Assembly: GCA_051866495.1 (NCBI GenBank)
Contig: JBJDXD010000026.1
Span: forward strand, 177-64,176
Source: Phascolarctobacterium sp.
GTDB lineage: Bacteria > Bacillota > Negativicutes > Acidaminococcales > Acidaminococcaceae
Direction: 5' to 3'
Length of the DNA: 64,000 bases
Position 1 is the first letter of the stretch, and each line of letters begins with the position of its first letter. Positions 28,145-38,034 of the stretch are shown one piece after another. Position numbers and translations under genes: made by a program. The notes beneath the pieces were generated by a model that had not been told where the DNA came from, searched no databases, and worked only from the letters and a program-made list of their open reading frames with translations.

Positions 28145-29458
28145 ATGCAGATAGATAAATTAACGCTGAAAAATTTTCGTTGCTACGATGAACTAGAGAT
28201 TGATTTTGAGCCCAAGCTGACGGTTATCGTGGGTGAAAACGGCAAGGGCAAAACAGCCATTTTTGATGCGCTGGCCATTGCCCTAGAGCCCTATTTGCGC
28301 TGCTTTAATGTAGCCGGAAGGCATATTTCCGCCAAGGATGTGCGCCGCGTGCCTGTGTATAAAAAGGATGGCAAGCATATTGCCAACATGCTGAGCCTCT
28401 ATCCCGTAAAAATCACCTTAAACGGACATGTGCACGGGGACGAGGTTAGCTGCAGCAAAACAGTAACCGACAATAATTTGACAGAGGAGCTGGCGGAGGA
28501 TTTGCTTTCCAGAGGCAAAAAGCTTTGCCAAGGGCTGTGTGAAGATAAAGCTACGATTTTGCCGGCCTTTGCTTATTATGGCACTGCCCGCATGTGGGCG
28601 GATAGCAGCTTGATGGACGCCAGCACACAGGAATTGGACGAGCGCACCATTGGCTACAAGGAATGCCTAGAGCCCTCCAGCTCCTACAACACCTTTGGTC
28701 GCTGGTTCAAACAGCTTAGTGAAGCTGCTGCGCAGGAGCTACCCCCAGAGCTTAGCCACGATGCCCTGCTCATCAAAAAGGCGGTGCAGCAGGCCATTGA
28801 TGCCTGCCTTGAAAGCACCGGCTTTCATGATTTGTATTATAATTTCGATTTAGGCTGCTTTGTGATCAATCATCCCGATGTGGGCGAAATGATTGTAGAT
28901 GATTTAAGCGACGGCTTTAGAAGCATTTTGAGCATGGTGGCTGATTTGGCCTATCGTATGGTAAGGCTTAATCCCCAGCTTGGGGAGCAGGCGGTGGTCG
29001 CCACTCCTGGCGTAGTCCTCATCGACGAAATCGATATGCATCTGCACCCCCTATGGCAGCAAACTGTGCTCTTAGATATGCAGCGGGCCTTTCCCAAGGT
29101 GCAGTTTATTGTGACAACCCACAGCCCCCAGGTGCTGAGCAGCGTGCCCGCTGCCAGCGTGCGGGTGCTGGTGTGGGGGCGCAGCTTTGAGGGCGTGCGT
29201 CGCGTGAGCTTTGCCATGGGCGCTTCCAGCGCCCAGATTTTGCAGGATATCCAAAACGTTACCCTACGCTCGGAAAGACTGCCCATCGTGCAGGATTTAA
29301 AGCGCTACTTGGAGCTTGTGAGCCAGGATAAATGGGATTCGGAGGAGGCACTGGCGCTGCGTAAGCAATTGGACGCTTGGTCCAACGGCAACGAGCCCGC
29401 CCTGCTCAGGGCGGACATGGACATCCGCATGCGCAAATTCCGGAGGAAGCGCTCATGA
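28145..29458 (+). CDS. ptuA: PtuA-like ABC-type AAA ATPase (Septu anti-phage system)
   Basis: Walker A GENGKGKT, YYGTAR, signature LSDGFRS, Walker B LIDEIDMHLHPLWQ, FIVTTHSPQV. Translationally coupled (ATGA) to an HNH gene. Confidence 0.8.
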   Translation: MQIDKLTLKNFRCYDELEIDFEPKLTVIVGENGKGKTAIFDALAIALEPYLRCFNVAGRHISAKDVRRVPVYKKDGKHIANMLSLYPVKITLNGHVHGDEVSCSKTVTDNNLTEELAEDLLSRGKKLCQGLCEDKATILPAFAYYGTARMWADSSLMDASTQELDERTIGYKECLEPSSSYNTFGRWFKQLSEAAAQELPPELSHDALLIKKAVQQAIDACLESTGFHDLYYNFDLGCFVINHPDVGEMIVDDLSDGFRSILSMVADLAYRMVRLNPQLGEQAVVATPGVVLIDEIDMHLHPLWQQTVLLDMQRAFPKVQFIVTTHSPQVLSSVPAASVRVLVWGRSFEGVRRVSFAMGASSAQILQDIQNVTLRSERLPIVQDLKRYLELVSQDKWDSEEALALRKQLDAWSNGNEPALLRADMDIRMRKFRRKRS

Positions 29459-30234
29459 AACGTGTATATAAAAGCAAGCAAGAGCCCAAAGGGCTCGCGC
29501 GCTATCGCAATCGTTTTCCCTGGGAAAACTGGGAGCATTTTCGCCGCCGCGCTCGCCACGGCTACCAAGAGGTGAAGGAGCAGATTCTGCGGGACCAGCA
29601 CGGCCTTTGTGCCTACTGCGAAATCAGCATCAAGCTGGCGGAGGAAGAAAGCGAAGTGGACGATTTTCGGGTGGAGCACTTTTATCCTAAAAGTGCCACC
29701 ACGGAGCACGGCCACAACTACCACCTGGATTGGCGCAACCTGTTAGGTGTGTGCCACGGTGGCAGCCAGCCCTATGTGCCCGACGCCCAGTGGCGCTATT
29801 CCAAGCAAAAAAACGACCGCAGCTGCGACGTTCCCAAGGGTGGCAAGCCCATCACCGCCATGATTCTCAACCCCTTAAAAATCCCCGGCAGGGTGCGCCT
29901 TTTTGCCTACGTTGAACACTCCGGCAAAATGCTGGTGGACAAAACCAGCTGCCCACCCAAGCTGTGGCGCAAGGCTGAGCGCACCATCAAGGAGCTAAAC
30001 CTGAACGCACCACGCCTGATGCGCATGCGGCTCGCCGTCATTCAAAAGCTGGAGGATGATATCGCCGCGGAGCTGGAGCAGGGCGAACAGCTGGAGGACG
30101 TACTCACCATGCTGGCTGAAACCTGCCTCGTGCCCGATTACGATGGCATGTCCCTGCCCTTCTTTTCCGTTTTGCGTTGGTATTTGGGCGAGGCCGCCGA
30201 AAAAGTGATTGCCGCCAGCGGCGACAAGCTCTAG
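29455..30234 (+). CDS. ptuB: PtuB-like HNH endonuclease
   Basis: EQILRDQHGLCAYCE, VEHFYPKS, LDWRNLLGVC, SCDVPKG, LNLNAPRL. Start at ATG 29455. Confidence 0.8.
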   Translation: MKRVYKSKQEPKGLARYRNRFPWENWEHFRRRARHGYQEVKEQILRDQHGLCAYCEISIKLAEEESEVDDFRVEHFYPKSATTEHGHNYHLDWRNLLGVCHGGSQPYVPDAQWRYSKQKNDRSCDVPKGGKPITAMILNPLKIPGRVRLFAYVEHSGKMLVDKTSCPPKLWRKAERTIKELNLNAPRLMRMRLAVIQKLEDDIAAELEQGEQLEDVLTMLAETCLVPDYDGMSLPFFSVLRWYLGEAAEKVIAASGDKL

Positions 30235-30269
30235 CCAAGCCCACTAAAACAAGCTTAAACCGCATATAA

Positions 30270-30299
30270 AAAGCAGACGCCATTTTCAGCGTCTGCTTT
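30270..30299. terminator. Bidirectional intrinsic terminator
   Basis: AAAGCAGACGC/GCGTCTGCTTT stem between convergent genes. Confidence 0.8.
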
Positions 30300-30337
30300 A
30301 TTTTTTTATCTTGTGCACTTGCTTTTATGCTGCGCTC

Positions 30338-31714
30338 CTACTTAAGCTCGTCAAAAAACTTCAGCCCATTGCGACCGGCTTCCTTCACAGCATAAAGGGC
30401 TGCATCTGCCTGATTAAAGAGCTCGTCACTATAGCCCTTTTTGGAAAAAGCCACGCCCACGCTCAGGGTTACCAGTGGCAAGCCATCGGAGATATCCTGC
30501 AGCTCCTTGTTAATCAAGCCCAGCTTATGACTGATAATTTTGCGATTGATTTCGTTAAAATCATCCAAAATAACGATGAACTCATCACCGCCGATGCGGG
30601 CCGGATAATCCTCGGAGCGGAAGAAGCTGTTGAGCAAATGCCCCACCTTCTTGAGCACCTTGTCGCCCATCTCGTGGCCATAGGTATCGTTAACGCCCTT
30701 AAACCTATCCACGTCCAGCAAAATCAACGCCATGGGCTTATTGCTCTGCTTGAGAAAATCCTTCAGGCTTTCAAAGGCACTGCGATTCATAATGCCCGTC
30801 AGTGGGTCATGGGTAGCCTTGTGCATCAGCATGGCCTGATTAGCAGCATTTAACTCGTAAATGTCATTATAGGTCATGGCGAAGTATTTAAACTCATAGG
30901 CGCCAGTGGTTTCTAAACGCATTTTATCACGAATGCACTTCATATATACGCTCAGGGGCTTCACAATCAACATGGTAATTACCACAAAGGTAATAATATT
31001 CATGACAAAAAGCAAGCTAATGAGAATCCTTTGGTTAAACAGGGATTTATCCAAGGCCCCCATACTGCTTTGCTGCAGCTGTGCAGTGCGGCGCATGAGG
31101 CTGTTCACAAAATGGTCGCTGTGGGATTTTATCAAGGCCTTTGCATCCATATAGCCACGGTCATAAACCATTGCCCTAGCTCTAGCAATTTTTCCTTGAC
31201 TGGTCAAATCCTTATCGATGCCCAAAAGCTGCACCTTGGCAACCTGGGGCGGAACCAAGGCTTCGTCATAACCATTGGCAACAACAATCAGCTTCATAGC
31301 GTACATTTCTCGCTCCATCAAATCCATGGAGCTGGCCTTGGCGGCCTCCAAAGCCTGTAGCTCGTCATCAGTGGGCTGGTATTTTTTCAAATTGGCAACA
31401 GCCCTTTCACGACGCTTGGTTTCGTTGGCCTCCTTAAAATAGTTTTGCATATGCTTCATATCCATATTTTGGGTAAAAAGCCGCACCTGGTCCGTTAAAT
31501 AATCAGAGGCAGCATTCATATTTACTGCCGACTCGTGACAAGCAATATATTCATCATTATAGCGAACAAAATCATTATACCTAGTTGTCATTTGCGCAGT
31601 GGCATAGAGCAGCATCCCGTAAAGCACACATGCCACAACAATCATACAGGTATTAAAATTGCGAATCTTGATACCCTTAATAGTCTGTCCTTTTTCGTTT
31701 TCCACAAACATCAC
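30338..31714 (-). CDS. Membrane-bound diguanylate cyclase (helical extracytoplasmic sensor + GGDEF with I-site)
   Basis: Two transmembrane helices, HDPLTGIMNR, DVDRFKGVNDTYGHEMGD, RSED (RxxD I-site) followed by RIGGDEF. Confidence 0.9.
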   Translation of the reverse strand: MMFVENEKGQTIKGIKIRNFNTCMIVVACVLYGMLLYATAQMTTRYNDFVRYNDEYIACHESAVNMNAASDYLTDQVRLFTQNMDMKHMQNYFKEANETKRRERAVANLKKYQPTDDELQALEAAKASSMDLMEREMYAMKLIVVANGYDEALVPPQVAKVQLLGIDKDLTSQGKIARARAMVYDRGYMDAKALIKSHSDHFVNSLMRRTAQLQQSSMGALDKSLFNQRILISLLFVMNIITFVVITMLIVKPLSVYMKCIRDKMRLETTGAYEFKYFAMTYNDIYELNAANQAMLMHKATHDPLTGIMNRSAFESLKDFLKQSNKPMALILLDVDRFKGVNDTYGHEMGDKVLKKVGHLLNSFFRSEDYPARIGGDEFIVILDDFNEINRKIISHKLGLINKELQDISDGLPLVTLSVGVAFSKKGYSDELFNQADAALYAVKEAGRNGLKFFDELK

Positions 31715-31941
31715 GCTCTTTCTTCTTACAGCTAAAACACTACTTCACTTGTTATATTATACACTAGCACAGCTGCCAACACAACAATTCGCAACAGAAA
31801 AATCTTATCCATAAATATTAAATGCAATTTACTTTATATTGAATATTGATTATTTTTCAAAGCATCCTCATTATTCACAATCTTTTTCATATATAAAACT
31901 TCTACTGATGTACCATTTTTACTGTTGCTGCAGTGTTTTTC

Positions 31942-32070
31942 TTGACAGATATGAGCAAATCCTCTATACTGAAAGCATAACTAAACAGCATTGTGAGAGT
32001 GAGTGCAATTTGAGCTCATGAAGGGGTACGCCACCGCGGGTGTAGCTGCTTCATGAGCTTTTTTGTTTTG
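31942..32070 (+). promoter_or_regulatory. sigma70 promoter plus leader terminator upstream of thiS
   Basis: TTGACA(31942)-17 bp-TATACT(31965); stem AGCTCATGAAG(32013-32023)/CTTCATGAGCT(32049-32059) followed by TTTTTGTTTTG. Confidence 0.7.
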
Positions 32071-32117
32071 TCGAGTGCTACAATTTCGCTTCTCACAGCT
32101 TGCCAAAGGAGGATTAC

Positions 32118-32312
32118 ATGCTTATCAACGGCAAAGAATATGCTTTACAAGCCCCCGTGACCTTGGAGCAGCTGCTACTTGAGCTTGGCTATCGCACCAA
32201 GCTGGTGGCAGTGGAGCGCAATAATTCCATCGTTAAACGCGCCGCCTATGCCAGCACTGTGCTAAGCGACGCCGATTAATTAGAAATCGTTAGCTTTGTG
32301 GGAGGTGGCTAA
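32118..32312 (+). pseudogene. thiS: Sulfur carrier ThiS with a premature stop
   Basis: MLINGKE...VAVERNNSIV...DAD*LEIVSFVGGG*. The TAA at 32277-32279 (codon 54) removes the C-terminal Gly-Gly. Confidence 0.85.
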
Positions 32313-32313
32313 G

Positions 32314-32502
32314 ATGTATTTTTATACTGAGGATGTCACGCGACAGGCACTGCATAAGGGGCTCACCCCCGCCCAAAGCCAGCTGCTCAAGGAGGCCAGG
32401 GTGGCTATTTTTGGCTTGGAAGGCCTAGCAGGGTGGCGTCCTTGCTTTAGCAAAAATAGCAAAAAAAGGACTGCCTTCAGCCGTAGCCTCCAGCAGCCAT
32501 AA
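32314..32502 (+). pseudogene. thiF: Truncated ThiF (ThiS adenylyltransferase) 5' fragment
   Basis: LLKEARVAIFGLEGLAG, a degenerate GxGGLG nucleotide-binding loop, then loss of homology and a stop after 62 aa. Confidence 0.65.
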
Positions 32503-32522
32503 AATAAGGGAAAGCGTAATAA

Positions 32523-33641
32523 TCAGTTGCCACGCACATATTCGCGGGGCACCCTTGGGCTAACATTGCAGATAATTTCATAGCAAATAGTGTTGGCCCA
32601 CTGGGCCACCAGCTCCATGGGAAGCTCGTGCCCACCAAAAACTGTGACCTCCGTCCCCAAATGTACATCGGGAATATCCGTCACATCCAACATTACCTGG
32701 TCCATGCACACCTTGCCCACAATGGGGGCATGCTGACCATTAATTATCATATAGCCCTTATTGGAAAGCAAACGACTCACGCCATCCGCATAACCAATGG
32801 GAACGGTGGCAATAACGCTGGGCTTGGTGGTCGTAAAGCTGCGACCATAGCCAATGCTATCCCCGGCAGGCAGGGTTTTCACAAAGGAAACCTGGGTTTT
32901 CACCGTCATGACCGGCTCAAAATCCTTGTAGCAATCAATCATATGGGCAGGATGCAGTCCATACAGGGTTATACCCTGACGCACCATGTCCAGCTGATAT
33001 CCCTGCAGCTCCGTCAGAGCCGCGCTATTGGCAATATGCCTGATGGGGATGTGCACGCCCTCGGCCTCGATAAGGCGCAGGGCCTCCTGAAAGCGTGCAA
33101 ACTGATAGGCAGCGTACTGCTTATCGTCCGCATCCGCCGTAGCAAAATGGGAGAACACGCCCTCGATATAAATGCCGGGCAGGGACGCTGCCAGCTTGGC
33201 AAATTTGCCTGCGTCACGCACATGCACGCCAATGCGGTGCATGCCCGTGTCCACCTTAATATGTATTTTTGCCTTGGTGTGCTGGCGCAAAGCCGCCTCA
33301 TTCAAGGCATATAATCTTTCTTCATCAAAAACTGCGTGGCTTATATCATAGCGCACGCAAATATCGGCCACCTCCGGCAGGAGGGAGCCCAAAACCAAAA
33401 TAGGTTGGTCAATGCCCGCATCCCGCAAGCGCACTGCCTCCTGCAGCAGTGCCACTGCAAAAAAGTCCGCACCATTGCGAGCTGCCTCCTGGGCCACCCG
33501 CACAGCACCATGACCGTATGCATCGGCCTTGACTACGGCACACAGCTTCGTAGTCGGCTTTAAATTGGCCTTAGCCATTTGCACGTTATGAGCCACCGCA
33601 TCAAGATTGATTTCGGCCCACGCACCACGTTGAATATGCAC
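32523..33641 (-). CDS. alr: Alanine racemase
   Basis: AVVKADAYGHG, HIKVDTGMHRIG, FSHFATAD, HIANSAA, IGYG, IGYADG, TICYEI. Confidence 0.95.
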   Translation of the reverse strand: MHIQRGAWAEINLDAVAHNVQMAKANLKPTTKLCAVVKADAYGHGAVRVAQEAARNGADFFAVALLQEAVRLRDAGIDQPILVLGSLLPEVADICVRYDISHAVFDEERLYALNEAALRQHTKAKIHIKVDTGMHRIGVHVRDAGKFAKLAASLPGIYIEGVFSHFATADADDKQYAAYQFARFQEALRLIEAEGVHIPIRHIANSAALTELQGYQLDMVRQGITLYGLHPAHMIDCYKDFEPVMTVKTQVSFVKTLPAGDSIGYGRSFTTTKPSVIATVPIGYADGVSRLLSNKGYMIINGQHAPIVGKVCMDQVMLDVTDIPDVHLGTEVTVFGGHELPMELVAQWANTICYEIICNVSPRVPREYVRGN

Positions 33642-33997
33642 CCTCTAGACCTCCCTGCTTTACGCAAAGCATTTATTTCTTACCACAAGCCTTGGCGTGG
33701 GGACAGCCCTTACAGCCACAGGAGCAGCCACCGCCAAATTTTCTGCCAAAATAGCTACGAGCTGCCAAAATAAAGAGCAGCAAGAGCAGGCCGCCTAAAA
33801 TATAATCAGCCATCTGCTCGCCTCATTTCGCAAAACCAAGCTTTCACTAATGCTATAGAATAACACTATAATGTTATCAGATTATTTCTAGAAAATCAAC
33901 TGATAATACCCACTTCACAAAAACTTCTTATGCCAAAGCTAAACCCCCGCCTGCCAAGCCAGCCTGTGGCTAACCCGGCACCGGGGGTAAAACTATT

Positions 33998-36961
33998 TTA
34001 AGCTTCCTTTTCGCCCTCGCCCTTGTCCTGCTCGCGCCTTTGGTCCATTTCGTGCTCAAAATTATTATTCTTCATTTCAATGTGCAGACCATTTTCATCC
34101 TGCTTCAGCTCAGCACCGCCACTTTCAGCAGTGGGCGCAATACCCCCAGTGGGGCGATTGGGAGCTTCGATGATATCATAACGCTCAAAGCAGCCCGAAA
34201 TATCACCATAATGCTCATTATAGCTATCCTGAGGAGTATAATCCACCATCTTGGCACTCATCTGGGCCAAATTCTCTACGGAATTGCTAATTTGGGTGCT
34301 ATTGGTAACTGAATAGCTGCCATTGCTAATGGTCAAGCCCATCCAAGTAGTGCTGCCGTTTCCCAAATCCCGGAACAGGGCATCACTTTGGTCATTGGAG
34401 GGAGTGGTGCTTCCGCCATAAACGCCAACCACCGTGTTATTGCTGGTGAAATGGGCGAGGTCGGCCACATGGAGCTTGTTGATTTGTAAGTCCCCACTGA
34501 CAGTAATATCGGCAGTATTTACATTCAGCTTGTCAAAGAGCAGGTTATCGTTAATATTCAGGTTCAAGGAATTTATAGCACTATCAGTTCCCCCAACACC
34601 GTTAGCAACCACCTGCAGAGACCCGCTTGAGTTATCGCTACGCTGAACACCGGAAACAGTCATATTATTACCCTGCAGCGTCAGAGAGCCTTCCAATTTA
34701 ACTTTTGTTTTAGGATCAAGGGTTAAATTACCACCTATTAGCGCATGCTTGTTGTTTATGCTGCCAGCGATCAATGTAACATTAGTGCCGGATATTGTTG
34801 AAGCATTTCCGCTAACAAGATTACCATTTTCTACCTTGGGTATATAATATTTTCTAGCATCATCTGTAGCGGTAGTCGTAGGATCGTCAAAACTGTCGCT
34901 CACAGTCTCAAAGCCGATGGTTATATTCTGGGCAGCCTTGAGGATTACATCGCCTGCTTTAGCCACTATATCATCACTAGGATTTGTTTTGGGTTTTGTT
35001 TTGATAGTTCCCCCATTTATATAAATGTCACCAAGATGGGCTGTGATTTTGATATTACCTTCTTTAGTTTGATTATTAATATCATCATCAGAAGTTGCTT
35101 CGACGCTACCTTCAATAATTATAGGAGTAAATTTCCGATATAATTCCTTTCTCGTGCCGTCGGTGTCACCTGTGATCTGTAAATTCTCTTGACCTGAAGA
35201 CAGAGCGATATTGCCACCTGTTGCTATAATTTTTCCACTAGCATGATTGTAAACATAACCCATAATGGACTTAATATCCAAATACGTTACTCCCTGAATG
35301 AGGCCATAGTTATGCAGAAAATCCCTGGCATTGAGAGTAATCTGGCGATTAGCTATCATCTGACCAGTAGCCGTATTTTCTATATTATAATTGGAAGTCA
35401 GCCAAATATTGCCGCTACCACTACTAACAATATTGCCCTCTGCGTCATAGGTAGGATCAACATCACCCTTAGCCCAGATAAGGCCACTATTGGAAATGCC
35501 AAAAGTTCCGGCATGGTTTGCTGGCCTATCTAAGGGATAATCTACTTGTACGTTACCACCTGCTGTAATGATACCACCTGTAAATTTTGAAGTGTCTGAG
35601 GGATCGTTACGCGCACCAAAGTTATTGAAATCTCTTCCTATGTGTGCTTGGACATTGCTACCTGTGGATTGTATTGTGCCCCGATTGGTTAAGGTATCAC
35701 TGACTGTAAATTTAATTTGACTAGAAGCTTTAATCAGGCCAGTGTTGGTAACACTATCGTGTGCCGTAATACTTATGGTACCAACTGTTGATTGGCTTGT
35801 ATCTGTATTTGTTTGTTCAATAATACCAGTGTTCTCTATGTTAGCAAATTTAGCACTATTAGAATTTCCCGCAGTCACGTTAAGATTATTCTTTGCCCTA
35901 ATGGTGCCATCATTTTTGATGTTACCCTTTTCAGTATGCATGTTAATAGCATCGTTCTGGGAGGTAATGCTAGAATAACTATCTATATCTATAGTATTGC
36001 CAACTTCAATTTTTAAATGCCCTGCTGCAGTGACACTACTTCCTTGCATATCTAATATGCCAGCACCATCTCCTATTGCATCTAATTCAATATGACCATT
36101 AGAAGACTCAATCTGAGCATTAATAAATTCCATTTCGTTAACAGCTTTAATTTCTATATTACCACTTGCATTAATAACAGCTTTTAGAACAGTTGCTTCG
36201 CTCCCCTCGTTCCCTGTAAGGTTTACAACTTCATTAATCAAATTAGCCCCCGTCACAGTAGTGCTAGAGTTTGTATTATTAGTGTTGGTAGTGCTAGAAT
36301 TGTCGGAAGCAGGCCTTGTAATACTTACATAGGCAGCTCGTAAATCAACCTTACCACTAGCACGAATTTCTCCGTTTACAGTAATATTACCGGAATCACT
36401 CATAGTAAAAGTGCTATTAGGATTAAAAATATTAATATTCAAGGCACTAAAACTATCTTGGTCAAGTGCCATAACCGTCAAAGAGCCTGCATTAATTACA
36501 CCTGTAGAACCTACAACCATACCCCCAGGAGAAAAGAAATAAAGATTACCACCCACCGTTCCGTCTTTTTTTAAAGCTTTTACTAGACCATTAATATTTA
36601 TTTGGTTAGTAACAGTGTTCACTAAGGTATCTACAGTAGCATCAGTGTCTTTTTTCCAAAAATGTAAGTTAGCAGTCTTACCAGCATCTACATTAAAGTG
36701 AGTAAAGCTATTCCAACCTAGATTCCCGTTGACTTGTTGAGCATAAATATCTACAGTCCCATTAGTTTGATAACTTAACTTGGTTCCATTAGCAAGGACA
36801 ATACCTGGAGTATCCGCATACGCCTCGCCCCCCAGCCACGGCGCCAGCACAAAGCCCACCGCCAGCACATAGCGCAGCACCTTCATCGAAAGCATACTGC
36901 TCCCTGCCTTGCCTTCCAAATACTTTTTAATATTTTTTAAACTCTTTTGCGTGCCAAGCAT
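33998..36961 (-). CDS. Filamentous haemagglutinin/LktA-family TpsA exoprotein, short paralog (987 aa)
   Basis: Extended signal peptide (EAYA|D), TPS domain (NSFTHFNV...GGNLYFFSPGGMVVGSTGVINAGSL), beta-helix repeats, and a C-terminal domain shared with the 6837-aa protein. Confidence 0.85.
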   Translation of the reverse strand: MLGTQKSLKNIKKYLEGKAGSSMLSMKVLRYVLAVGFVLAPWLGGEAYADTPGIVLANGTKLSYQTNGTVDIYAQQVNGNLGWNSFTHFNVDAGKTANLHFWKKDTDATVDTLVNTVTNQININGLVKALKKDGTVGGNLYFFSPGGMVVGSTGVINAGSLTVMALDQDSFSALNINIFNPNSTFTMSDSGNITVNGEIRASGKVDLRAAYVSITRPASDNSSTTNTNNTNSSTTVTGANLINEVVNLTGNEGSEATVLKAVINASGNIEIKAVNEMEFINAQIESSNGHIELDAIGDGAGILDMQGSSVTAAGHLKIEVGNTIDIDSYSSITSQNDAINMHTEKGNIKNDGTIRAKNNLNVTAGNSNSAKFANIENTGIIEQTNTDTSQSTVGTISITAHDSVTNTGLIKASSQIKFTVSDTLTNRGTIQSTGSNVQAHIGRDFNNFGARNDPSDTSKFTGGIITAGGNVQVDYPLDRPANHAGTFGISNSGLIWAKGDVDPTYDAEGNIVSSGSGNIWLTSNYNIENTATGQMIANRQITLNARDFLHNYGLIQGVTYLDIKSIMGYVYNHASGKIIATGGNIALSSGQENLQITGDTDGTRKELYRKFTPIIIEGSVEATSDDDINNQTKEGNIKITAHLGDIYINGGTIKTKPKTNPSDDIVAKAGDVILKAAQNITIGFETVSDSFDDPTTTATDDARKYYIPKVENGNLVSGNASTISGTNVTLIAGSINNKHALIGGNLTLDPKTKVKLEGSLTLQGNNMTVSGVQRSDNSSGSLQVVANGVGGTDSAINSLNLNINDNLLFDKLNVNTADITVSGDLQINKLHVADLAHFTSNNTVVGVYGGSTTPSNDQSDALFRDLGNGSTTWMGLTISNGSYSVTNSTQISNSVENLAQMSAKMVDYTPQDSYNEHYGDISGCFERYDIIEAPNRPTGGIAPTAESGGAELKQDENGLHIEMKNNNFEHEMDQRREQDKGEGEKEA

Positions 36962-37191
36962 GGAAACTCCCTCCTCAAGCTAAACAGAAGCTATCCTTCT
37001 CCAAGTATAAGAACTTCACAATTGAATATTTACATATGCATATAAGTTTAGAAGCTTTTACATTATAGTATATTGTATATCAATTTCTGCTACTTTACAA
37101 TAGCCCCAGCCCATTTTAGTGCATAAAAATACAGATAGCCAACAATATTTGCCAGCTATCTGTCTGATTATATTCATCTTAGAATTATTGG

Positions 37192-38034
37192 TCACAATAA
37201 GGGTAACAGCTTCTGCTGTTCTTCTGGTGTTATTTTCAAAAGCCCCATAGCTTCTTGAGCGCTAACCTTAAGGCTTTCCATTAGCGCCTTAATATTTTCT
37301 AATTTTTCCTCTTTTCTTCCTTGCTTCATTCCCTGTTTCATTCCCTGCTCTCTTCCTTTTTCGGTAAAATATCTTTCAAATTCACCCATAACTTGTCGAC
37401 CTCCTTCAGGGGACTTAATGTAATTCACATACTCCGACAATCCGCCTTGGCTGGTATCTCCTGCCTTGGCAGTCTTCAAATATTGCATGAGCTTGGCAAT
37501 GTTGGAGCCATCGTCAATCTCTGCATTGACATAAATAGTGTGCAAGCCGTTGTCATAAGGGATTATCCTTCTCCCGCAGTTTAGTACCTGCTGCACCTCA
37601 TAGACGGTTTGACCTCCATGCCAAATATCATCCTCTGATATGTAGAACAGATAAACCTCCGGCAGCTTATCATAAGTTGCGCCCTTGCGCAAAAGCTCAC
37701 TGTCCATCACGGATGCATAATAACGTACTCGCCGAGCGGGAGCAGGCTCTTCCAAACGTTGGATTTCAATCTCATAAATCGTGCCCTTATCATCCTCCGC
37801 CGTGATATCCAGCCTAGGGCTTTTACTAATCAGCATCGGTATATCATCCTGTGTACGAAAAGCAATAATGTTAAGCGTTGGATTTTGCATGAGCTGGCGC
37901 ACTAAATGCAAGCAAGCCCCCTCGTCCCTAAAGACAACAGATGTAAAAATATCGTTAAATAGATTCATAGCCTGTATTTGCTTGAGGAGCTCTTCAACCC
38001 CTGCGATACGGCCATCAGGAATGGAATCTGTCAT
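37192..38034 (-). CDS. Rpn-family PD-(D/E)XK recombination-promoting nuclease / putative transposase
   Basis: NDIFTSVVF, RLDITAED...YEIEIQ, RRVRYY, and C-terminal EKGREQGMKQGMKQGRKE repeats. Confidence 0.88.
   Translation of the reverse strand: MTDSIPDGRIAGVEELLKQIQAMNLFNDIFTSVVFRDEGACLHLVRQLMQNPTLNIIAFRTQDDIPMLISKSPRLDITAEDDKGTIYEIEIQRLEEPAPARRVRYYASVMDSELLRKGATYDKLPEVYLFYISEDDIWHGGQTVYEVQQVLNCGRRIIPYDNGLHTIYVNAEIDDGSNIAKLMQYLKTAKAGDTSQGGLSEYVNYIKSPEGGRQVMGEFERYFTEKGREQGMKQGMKQGRKEEKLENIKALMESLKVSAQEAMGLLKITPEEQQKLLPLL

Noticed and set aside
32277-32279. Programmed readthrough (Sec/Pyl) in thiS
   Set aside because: The stop is TAA, which is not recoded, and the downstream thiF is also broken.
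33650-33990. Short repeats (CTGCCAAAATA x2) and a GC hairpin between alr and the short tpsA
   Set aside because: They are consistent with an ordinary terminator and promoter region and are too short to support an element.
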